Part shown: positions 53,750-64,000 of the stretch, in pieces
How positions within the stretch are numbered: the stretch's first letter is position 1
Layout of the letters: the number at the start of each line of letters is the position of its first letter
Source of the DNA: Octopus vulgaris
Taxonomy: Eukaryota
Direction of reading: 5' to 3'
Length of the DNA: 64,000 bases
Assembly (NCBI GenBank): GCA_951406725.2
Contig: OX597830.1
Span: 5,828,001-5,892,000, forward strand
The notes under the pieces: generated by a model
Database searches by the model: none
What the model was told of the DNA's origin: nothing
The model's input: the letters and a program-made list of their open reading frames with translations, nothing else
Position numbers and translations under genes: made by a program

Positions 53750-54020
53750 CCTGGGTGTGAGTCTATGTGTGTGTGTATGTCATTGGGTTTGTCTCTCTGT
53801 GTGTTTTTGTGCTTGTTTTTCTCTCCACATGACAACCGGCGCTGGTGTGTTTACATCCCCGTAACTTAGGAGTTCGACAACAGAGAGGAGAACGATAGGA
53901 TAAGCACCAGTTTTAAAATACAAAAGAAACAAGTACCAGCCTGGATAATTTCGACTATGATTCTTCAAGGGGTGCTCTAGTATGGCCGCAGTCTAATGAC
54001 TGAAACAAACAATAGATACA
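53527..54020 (+). mobile_element. SINE family B, diverged
   Basis: Colinear with the other family B copies. Confidence 0.8.
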
Positions 54021-54037
54021 AGATACACAGCATTTAT

Positions 54038-54240
54038 TATTTTCTACTCTAGGCATAAGGCCCGACATTTTGGGGGACCGGAGGCCAGTCGATTAGATCA
54101 AGCCCCGTACACAACTGGTACTTAATATATCGACTCCGAAAGGATAAAGGGCAAGGTCGACCTCGGCGAAATTTGAACTCAGGAAATAAAGACAGACGAA
54201 ATACTGCCAAGCATTTCGCCCGGCGTGCTAATGTCTCTAC
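54038..54240 (-). mobile_element. SINE family A single unit (another decayed copy at about 54550-54725)
   Basis: Reverse complement of family A. Confidence 0.85.
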
Positions 54241-55159
54241 ATGTGGACCACCTAATAACTGAAAGTAGTGTTTGTAAAACGTTACCCCGTGTTCAAGGTT
54301 ACTGGTGTTCAAACGGATGAGGTCCGTTCACTGTTCAAGAGAGGATGCCTCTCCAAATCACTCCAACCAGATGTAGCGAGATCATTTTCGCAACTTAAAG
54401 TATACTCCTCTATTTTACAATACTGTTGCATATCGGTTTTATCTTTGCTTACCTGTTTACAGGTTAGTCGATTGAAACATTTAAAAAATAACTGTTACAT
54501 CTTCAGGCCTCACTATAGAAACGATGAGAGGATATTCGTTTCAATGTTTGGTACAAGGCCAGCATTTCCGGGGCAGCGAAGTAAGTCGGTTACATCGACC
54601 TCTGTGATCAACTGGTACTTTATCTTCTGGGAAAGGATGAACAGCAGAGTCAAAGTCAGTAGAAACTGACGGACGAAATACCGCTTAGCAATTTGCTCGA
54701 CGTGCGAACGATTCTTCCAGCTCGTTGTCTACAATGAGAGGATATTAACGATTGAATTCCGCTGAAGATAATTTTGATTATTATCGGCTCTGGCAGCTGT
54801 TTTCTTTAATGAAGACTGACTCGAAAATAAGAAACTCGAGTATTTCTTTGGAAACAGATATTCATTGACTAATTGCGTCTAATTAAAAAGCATATAATAT
54901 ATATAAGAAGAGGGAAAGTAAAGAAGAGATACATTTTCTATCAGACCAATGAGTTTTTGGCAGACAGCCTTAAGGAACAGATCTCTACTGTGGTTAATGG
55001 AAGCTACGAATTAACAACATTATGTCAACTATATTCACTGATCGAAACAATTAAATGCGATTCGATTAAACTAATTAATGTTATATACCTTGTGAGAGTT
55101 TTTTTTATTATTATGCATTATTATTATTTATTATCATACATGTGAAAGAACGTCGATCA

Positions 55160-55315
55160 TTGATTAGGCCAGTTGTACACATGATCCTAAGATCGAGGGT
55201 TCGATTCTCAGACCAGCTGCGCGTTACATTCTTAAGCTAGAACAGTACAAAGTATATTGGGACCAGCGATGTTTAACATCCGATAGCCTAGTCAATCAAG
55301 TGATCACGTGATACT
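55160..55315 (+). mobile_element. Decayed SINE family C
   Basis: B-box 'gggttcgattctcagacc' and tail 'gaccagcgatgtttaacatccgatagcctagtc'. Confidence 0.6.
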
Positions 55316-55999
55316 GTTATGCATATATGTGAAACTGGGTCGAACGAATATATACATATATATATACGTGTACATACCACTTGGTGCATATATGTGTGTG
55401 TATGTGAATATGCATATATGAATATATATATATGTATATATATATGTGTGTGTGTGTGTGCGTGCACGCGCGTGTATTCTAAGCCCTTTTAATTATATAT
55501 ATAACTTTACCTTCATCGGTCTTCTTTTTTATATGCTGGCCACTGATAATTTTTTTTAATGCTTTGTCCTCTATTATTGTAAATGAAAAATTACTCCATT
55601 AAGGGAAAGCATACCGAACACACATGTTGCGGCAAGCTACGAAACTTGTTCGGAGGTGTCTGGGGTATTTATATGTATTTATGGCTTTGCATTTTGCTTT
55701 CTTGTGGGTATATATAAATACCTCATTTATTTTCTATGTATGTGCTGCTGAAGACGGTAAACCCTTTGCGCAGATCTAGAAATTAACTAATCCAGGGCTA
55801 TCTGTTTTATTAGTTGGCTTGTTGCATCGAATTCAACACATGCGTTGGTAACATTTTTGCAGTGGTGAGGCGATTTATCGTCTATTTCTTAGCATATAGG
55901 CCAGAATTTTTTTTAATAACCCCATATTATAATTATATATATATATATATAACATTTTATCATTAATTAAAATCTTAGGGTAGCAAGAATACTCATCGA

Positions 56000-56072
56000 A
56001 AACACAAAAGAGATACCCGAAGAATAGGATATTCTTCAGATATCCTATACTTCGGGTATCTCTTTTGTGTTT
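56000..56072. repeat. 33-bp-stem hairpin (1 mismatch, 7-nt loop)
   Basis: aaacacaaaagagatacccgaagaataggatat-tcttcag-atatcctatacttcgggtatctcttttgtgttt. Confidence 0.9.
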
Positions 56073-56094
56073 GAACGTACACTGTATTCTTCTC

Positions 56095-56177
<83 letters not shown>

Positions 56178-56291
56178 TAGTAAAAAGTGAAAAAACTACA
56201 GAAGGCTTGTTTTAAAAGGTTAAAAAATATATATTTGAGTCAATATGTCTGAAGAATATTATACATTTTTTCTTACAATGACATAGTTTAG

Positions 56292-56330
56292 AAGAAAGAC
56301 CGGTTTCGCGTTTAGCTTTTCAAATTTCTT
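56292..56330 (-). ncRNA. Minimal hammerhead (U3-A8 core) in Penelope left arm
   Basis: Reads AAGAAA-U-UUGAAAA-GC UAAAC GC-GAAA-CCGG-UC-UUUCUU, with one unpaired U next to the core. Confidence 0.6.
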
Positions 56331-57618
56331 ACGTCGTTATGTTTATGTTGAGAAGAGTTATCGTTATGTTTATGTTCAAAAGAGTTCTAGATAAGGGGAG
56401 GTAATAAGTGATTTCTTCCGGTGTAAGGGAGACAATCGCTTAAAATTTTTTGCCTTTCCCTTGGTGTGAATTTCTCTGTATCAGTATGTTGGAATGGTTA
56501 AATCTGGGCTTGTACTTTTCAATGAAGAATGTTTCCTTGTTTAGTCTAATTTGTGTTGATGATCCGATAGCACATTGGTAAAAATGGAAAGATTAAAAAT
56601 TGTGGTAGTAGTTGCTTTGCGCATTTCTCAATGTGCTCACTAAAAGGTATCATTCTGTATTCTGGGAATGCAATCTGTTGTCGATGCAGTGTGCATCTAC
56701 GTCTGAGTGATAGTCCCGTGGATCCCACGTAGTCTTGGTGGCAGCCCGAGCATTTTATGATATAAATTATGTTTTAAAAGGCACAAGTAACATTAGATTT
56801 GATCTTGAATTTCTGTCCCTCTTTGAAGAGGAATTCTGATCCTTGTAGCAGGTTTGGACATGTTGCACAGTTCGGTCTACCACAATTTATAACTTTTTTA
56901 TCCGTAATTTCAGAAAACAATTTTGCCTTTGTGAGAATATTTTTAAGTGATTTAGGTTGTTTGTAGCTTTTAATGATTTGGTGTATGTTTAGAATTTCCT
57001 TTAATTTGGGGTCCTTATGAAGTATTGGTAAATTATGGGTGATGATGGTGAAGGCTTCTTTGTTTCTGGGGTTGTATGTAGGTATGTAAGGTAGTATTTT
57101 CGGGGAAGGTGTGTTGTTGCGTTGAACTTTTCTTAAAGTTTCTATGTTGATTTCTGTTGCACGTCTGATCCCATCCTCTATGAGTTGAGCTGGGTAATGT
57201 CTGTCAATTAGGGTGTTTTTGAGTTCTTGCACGGGACTATCACTCAGACGTAGATGCACACTGCATCGACAACAGATTGCATTCCCAGAATACGGAATGA
57301 TACCTTTTAGTGAGCACATTGAGAAATGCGCAAAGCAACTACTACCACAATTTTTAATCTTTCCATTTTACCAATGTGCTATCGGATCATCAACACAAAT
57401 TAGACTAAACAAGGAAACATTCTTCATTGAAAAGTACAAGCCCAAACTTAACCATTCCAACATACTGATACAGAGAAATTCACACCAAGGGAAAGGCAAA
57501 AAATTTTAAGCGATTATCTCCCTTACACCGGAAGAAATCACTTATTACCTCCCCTTATCTAGAACTCTTTTGAACATAAACATAACGATAACTCTTCTCA
57601 ACATAAACATAACGATGT

Positions 57619-57657
57619 AAGAAATTTGAAAAGCTAAACGCGAAACCGGTCTTTCTT
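57619..57657 (+). ncRNA. Minimal hammerhead (U3-A8 core) in Penelope right arm
   Basis: Same motif as 56292-56330, on the opposite strand. Confidence 0.6.
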
Positions 57658-57909
57658 CTAATCTATGTCATTGTAAGAAAACAAATTATAATATTCTTCA
57701 GACATATTGACTCAAATATATATTTTTTTAACCTTTTAAAACAAGCCTTCTGTAGTTTTTTCACTTTTTACTATTTTCTATATATTCAACCACGTCCTTT
57801 CACAAACCAACTTTCTTATCTATATATATATATAATAGAAATATTAAAATTACTAAGTCTCTATAAGAATGCCATATTAATATGGCGATAACAATTATAT
57901 ATATATATC

Positions 57910-58157
57910 ATAACAAATAATATATAAAACATATGCATATATACATACATATATGTACATCTATATGTATATATACATGCATATATGGGTACAGGACACC
58001 AAAAAAACTTTGAACACAATGAGAAACGAAAACATAAAAACAAAAAATATAGAAACGGACTTTGTTTTCAAACAACGAAAAAACAGTGTACAGGACATAC
58101 AACACAAGGAATATTCCCCTTCTTCAGTTGCCCCTGTTTCGGCTACTCCGCGTTCCA
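57910..58157. repeat. Interspersed repeat family D
   Basis: Similar to 20085-20340. Confidence 0.8.
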
Positions 58158-58194
58158 CATATATATATTCATATATGCGTATATATGTACTATG

Positions 58195-58232
<38 letters not shown>

Positions 58233-58799
58233 TACCGTTTAGTCTCATCGTTTGGCCTCTGTTTCTTTAGCATCATATCATTCAATTTATTTGTTTTCCT
58301 CATTTTCTAATGTGGTTCTACTGTATTTTTATAAACCGAGATTCCATACCAATGACTTTATTGAATCGCATGAATTATAATCAAAATGAGTGGTTTTGCG
58401 TATGTAAAACGTATCGTTTGTGGTCAGACATGGACATGACCTGACGAACGACTGATAACTGGATGTCAGTTAGGAGTTCGGTGGAATGACATACGTATCC
58501 GAGATGTCGTAGATGATGGGGTTTGAAATTAGATAAACAAGAAGAAGAAGAAGATCAACAGCAACAAGATAAATATCAACCACTGGAGGTGGCTGATTGT
58601 CACCTCATACTTTATTTGTCTGTAGTTAATCTGGTTTAGCATCACAGCTAAATATTTCATTGTCGGATGGAAGTGGAATGGCGAAAGAAAATCGCTTGGA
58701 TTCGTCTTTCATTTATCTGAATCAGCTCTGTCGATAAGCTCTGTTGTCTGTTACGCTTATGCAAATATCTCTTCTTTGAGACTCTAATACATACATACA

Positions 58800-58877
<78 letters not shown>

Positions 58878-58929
58878 TACATACATATATATATATATAC
58901 ACGCGCGCGCACGCACACACACATACATG

Positions 58930-59590
58930 TCTTCATCTCCTTTCAGCTCGAGAGTTGCGGCCATGTTAGGCGCCGCTGTTAGCTTTGCTGTATTTTCGCT
59001 ACTTGAAACATCCCCTGATATATATGGCACTTCGTGAATGAGAAATTTTGGTACTGCTGCCCTGATCTGCGTTTCCTGCTGGAAGGTAGGTTCATCCAGA
59101 ATTTTTGACAGGAAGTGATTCTGTTTTGCTTTGAAAACACCTTCCTCCATCCCGTGCTGGTCTCTCAGGTTTTTTTAAGGAGGTTATTGAAGAGATGTGA
59201 GCTCTTGAAACTCAAACTGTCACAGTAACTGGCCTTGTACTTTGATGGCGACGTTGGAATCTTTGGCACTATGCAGTGGTGCTCCGTTCTACTTTTTTTT
59301 GTAACGTTCAATGCTACAGTTTTGGTACAATCCTTCCAGAACTTTGCGCATGCATATCACCGCATATCTTCCATGCCTTCGTTCTAAGGAGAAGAGTCTT
59401 CACTTTTTGAGCTTCTTCCATTAGCTAACATATGGCATTGAGACGATCTTCTTCGTGCAGCTTCGCTGGATTGTTTCCAGTTCTGTTGTTAATTTAACAT
59501 TGTGCGGTGACTCTATTTAGGAGCAATAGTCTAAACTTCTGAGGTTATATGTTCTCCAGAGAACCATAATGGTTTCTTGTTCTCTCGTTC
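58930..59590 (-). mobile_element. Decayed CR1-clade LINE 3' fragment
   Basis: Minus frame: LWRTYNLRSLDYCS*IESPHNVKLTTELETIQRSCTKKI..RLFSLERRHGRYAVI (LEYC..W.P, LE.VQR, SLERRR motifs). Confidence 0.75.
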
Positions 59591-61319
59591 TTAAATCTCT
59601 TTACATATAATACATTTAATATACTCGTATACACCCGTATACACCCTGTTCTTAATGTCGCTATCTTACCCTGCTTGCTATAGATACCCCCTTACTAATC
59701 AATCATTGTTCTACAATCCACAAATGACTTAATCATTAAATACTGAGACATCTGTTTCTTATTAACCGATTAATTTCTCGGAGGAGACGTACTTAATGCA
59801 GTGGCGATGAAGAACCATCATTGAAGAGATTGATAGACATCGCAGGGGATAGATATCGTGCATCAGTAATTATTGATAATATAAATGTACGACTATCCTG
59901 GGACTGTTCAATTTGTGGTTGCAGGTTCAATGTTTACCCTACAGGTCAGAAAAACACGCAAAGTGTAAAAAATATACCATGATGCAACATTAGTGGATCC
60001 TCCTCTAGATCTGTGATTTTTAAGATGGATTATTTATTTGTAATATTTTCTGAATCTCGAGTGAGGTTTTACTTTTTATTTCAATTCTCTAAATTTCACT
60101 AAAATACAATTAAATTAAGCTTATTTTCCCCTTTACCGTTGATGTGTTTTATTATTTCTTCTGTGATAGTTTCTTCTAGACGTCATTCTATCAGCAAGTA
60201 ATATCTTTTATTCAAACGGTTTGCAGATATCAATAATATATAACAAAAATTCAATGTTTTTGCAGTATCACTCCAGCTTATTGTGGTGAATTGCACTAAC
60301 CATGGTACCGATCCATTGTGAATTAATTTGAGTTATTTATTAGATATCTTTTACATAGAACCAGCACCAACACCACTTAAGGAGGAACGAAACGTGAAAT
60401 TTTCCCGAGAGCTGATCGACAGCATGTTACTTTGGCTTAATTTGGCCAATTGCCCCTCTTGGCATTATTTTGCACAGGAATAAGATATATATCATCGGAG
60501 GAACCTTTATTTAAGTTTCTAAAATGTAATTTACTTTTAATCAATAGTAAATTGAATCTCTGGAGATAATGAACGCATGCAATTGAAAACTTGCATCTGG
60601 AGAAGCCATATTTCGATTAAATCTTTGTATTTTGTTTTCGCTGCGCTTTAATTAAACGTTGCTTTTGTTGTTGTTATCGTTCGCCTTTATTCAAATCTCT
60701 CACTAACCATACATTTAACCTCGGATTCCTATCAATGTCTCTTCTTAATCAGTAACATACATTACTGTCTTAGTATACTTCCCCACTAATTTATCGATGC
60801 TTATCAATGAGTTCTCTCCACGTATTATCACAAACTGCTAGCATAAAATTATTGTTAACATCAATCAATGCCGTGGATTTTCTGCTTCTTGCGCGTAAAC
60901 TATGTTTAATTTCAAGAGCGGCAACTAAATTAATTCAAGGTACATGTTACTTAATAACCAATATAAACTTGGCTAAACAGTTAGGATTACTACTTTAGTT
61001 TACAAGCATTTGTATTTCTGCCACAATACACTAAGTTGTTTCAATTTACAGGATATGCAAATTATAAATTCGCTCTAAATTATAATGTTCCTGTTTTAAT
61101 CACCGGCATGGAAACAGCGATCAACAGATTGGCATATTTATTGAGGTATTTGTAGAGAAATTTAAAGATATACACAAAGTTCGCTCGGAGATAAAACATT
61201 TTTATGACGTCGGCAAGAATAAAAATATCAGATTGCAGCATGTAAAGTATATCGTATTATCATTTACAATTCTTTCATATCAATGTGTGTGTGTGTGAGT
61301 GAGTATGCGCGTGCGTATG

Positions 61320-61350
<31 letters not shown>

Positions 61351-61354
61351 GCAT

Positions 61355-61482
61355 TCAGCTACATGCGTCCACATTCTGTTCCACTCTGGGGCACCTTGAG
61401 AAAGTGTCTTCTACTATAACCTCGGACTGATCAAAACCTTGTGAGTAGATTTGATAGACAGGAGGAGACTGAAAGATCGTTG
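61355..61482 (+). mobile_element. SINE family B head, decayed
   Basis: 'ggcaccttgagaaagtgtcttctactataacctcggactgatcaaaaccttgtgagtagatttgatagac'. Confidence 0.7.
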
Positions 61483-62519
61483 CATGTGTGTGTGTGTGTG
61501 TGTGTGTGCATAGTGCACTAAAAAGGAACGGATTTAAAGACACATTGAAGTACGTACGTCATGTTAACAAAATGAACGTCAGTCCCCACAAAACCACGAG
61601 AAACTGCATAAATTGTTAGGTCAAAGAATCTGATCTACATTCAGTACCAAATGCTGCAAATCACAAAACGTTTTCCATTTGACTATAATGACAAGAATCT
61701 CGTAAATGGGAGCAATAGAAAAGTTGGTTACAGATGCACGCGGAACTAAAATTATGATTTCCAGAGTATAAATAATAGAAATAGAAAGGAATTCAAAGGA
61801 GTCAAGAGAAAATTTATGAAACTGTAACGAATCTAATACATAACTGGAAAATGGCAATTGTCTGAGAAGAGAGGACCTAGATAAGTCGGTTGTACAGTAA
61901 GAAATATGTAAAGATAAAAAGTAAGCGTGCAGACCATTAAACATCGATATGCATAGCAGATCACTTTGTAGCGCTAAATATAAAGAAGGAACGCAACTGT
62001 TTTTTTTTTGCGCCGTATATTTGGAACCTAAAAGAGAAATATATAAAGAAAATAAATTTGGGAATAATAGTGACATATCTATATAACTGGATCTGCAAAA
62101 ATAAAAATAAAAACTATTAGGAATCGAAGTAAATTTATAATATCAGCATAGAACAAATATGCTTTTCAATAATTAATCTGTATGTAGACAACATATCTGA
62201 TTCATAAGTGGGATAAATAGCCTAAACTAAAGCAGTGTTGCCAGGAAGGAAAAAAAGCAGCAACAACAACAACAAAAATGCAAGTATGGAGTTTGTGCAA
62301 AGCCAATAGAAATCGAACAGTGAAATAATAGTTGAACCATGATCCACAAATTAGATTAATAAGAACATAATTGCATAAAGGAATGTGACAATTTGAAAAT
62401 CTGAATTAATTGCCTGAAACGCCACAGGGTGTAAAACACGGGTTGCGGGAATCTGCACAGCTTACCGATATGTACACCATGTATTGATTACTATCTTTCT
62501 ACTTTACACAAAATATAAA

Positions 62520-62533
62520 CAATATATATATAC

Positions 62534-62591
<58 letters not shown>

Positions 62592-62658
62592 ATGTGTGTA
62601 TGTATATATTTATGTACGTATGTATGTATATGTATATGTATATGTATATATATGTATG

Positions 62659-62733
<75 letters not shown>

Positions 62734-62987
62734 GGTCCTGGTAGGTAGAAACATAGGGCATTTGTAATGCAGCACTCAACCCACGCTTTAGGCTTTCTAT
62801 ATTGTCGGATTATATAAATTTTCTCTTGGATGTTGAAATTAAAGTTTTTACAGAAACAATTGTAACCAATGATTAAAGATGTATTAAAGTCTTACTTTGT
62901 CTTCTTGTTGGCATTATACACACACACACACATATATCGTTGATAACTTTGATAAATGTCGGCCAGTAATAACAGCACCTGGTAAAG

Positions 62988-63023
<36 letters not shown>

Positions 63024-63064
63024 TGTATGTATGTATGTATGTATGTATGTATGTATGTATGTGT

Positions 63065-63123
<59 letters not shown>

Positions 63124-63144
63124 AATATATATATATATATATAA

Positions 63145-63180
<36 letters not shown>

Positions 63181-63220
63181 ATGTGTGTGTATATATATAT
63201 ATATAGAGAGAGAGAGAGAT
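62520..63220. repeat. Compound (TA)n/(TG)n/(TATG)n/(GA)n tracts
   Basis: Direct read of the sequence. Confidence 0.9.
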
Positions 63221-63639
63221 TCAGATGGAAATAAGGATAGGTTTATGGTTTTGAGATTGGTACTACCCCTTCCTCTATCTGTAAATAGAAAAATTCTTGT
63301 TTGTCTCCATTCCACCAAGAACAAAAAACCTCTTCCCCACTGATAGATCTAAATAACAAAGTGAACTTAGTGATAAAATCTACGGACGGAGAACGAACAT
63401 ACTACCATCGTGTTCTTAATGATGAAATTAACCTCTCTGTCTATATATCTACCCTCTTTGTAATATTGGGAAATGAAATAAGTATAAGAATGTGCATTGT
63501 CCGTTTAATTGTAAAATTCTATATGTGGCTGAAGATTGCTCGACATTTTAAAATTGATATAATACTTACAGGGTTTAATAAAATAAAGTAGCATGAAACA
63601 ATTGTACTACTCTACCTTGGATATCCTTGATAATTACTT

Positions 63640-63697
<58 letters not shown>

Positions 63698-64000
63698 ACT
63701 AATAAGACTTCGTAACAGTTTGTCACGAGTTGGGTTTTTTTCTTCCAATAACAAATATCCAGATCGATCCTGAAATATGAAATTTGACAGACCTAAAACC
63801 ATTAGTTTATGATATCTTTCGTGTAGGTATCACTGCTATACTAAGTCAACTCGCAACACCAAAAATAAATAAATAAATGCAAGGAAGAAATAAATAAGAA
63901 AAAAATTCATACGTTTTGAATGAGACTGGATTAGTATATCTGGAGGTCATATAAATATTAATGAGATAACACTTGTTAATATGCATTCAGTAACTGCCGC

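Larger units (their letters stand above)
56172..57822 (-). mobile_element. Penelope-like retroelement (Neptune-like), 5'-truncated, with inverted terminal duplication
   Basis: Minus frame: LKNTLIDRHYP..LPYIPTYNP..YKQPKSLKNILTKAK..CGRPNCATC..TC..*NIIYIIKCSGCHQDYVGST..RRRCTLH..FSEH (RT thumb/linker, Zn finger, GIY-YIG). Arms 56172-56720 and 57230-57779 are near-identical inverted copies. Confidence 0.92.

Noticed and set aside
55748-55885. CTGAAGA followed by a long-range stem (gacggtaaa/tttatcgtc)
   Set aside because: No GAAA box or stem III follows the stem.
61621-62076. 151-aa minus-strand ORF
   Set aside because: No recognisable motif. The composition (S/L/F/I) is typical of the antisense of A-rich non-coding or decayed repeat DNA.

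Overview
AT-rich, microsatellite-dense animal genomic DNA, most likely from an octopus or another coleoid cephalopod (inferred from the SINE families and repeat style, not proven). No intact host protein-coding gene is supported. Nearly all ORFs in the track are translations of (TA)n, (CA)n, (AAT)n and similar repeats, or are transposon fragments. The window contains: three tRNA-derived SINE families; decayed RTE, CR1 and R4/Dong LINE pieces; Tc1/mariner remnants and MITEs; small Helitron-like elements; a 1.5-kb satellite with a 15-bp unit; and a Penelope-like (GIY-YIG) element with 550-bp inverted arms. The most notable signal is a set of type I hammerhead-ribozyme folds read directly from the sequence. 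Two have canonical cores with long stem II (12193-12280 +, 6619-6710 -). Three are Penelope-linked minimal hammerheads with a covaried U3-A8 core (53082-53121 -, 56292-56330 -, 57619-57657 +). Several more are variant or degenerate folds. The window also has an unusual number of long fold-back hairpins.
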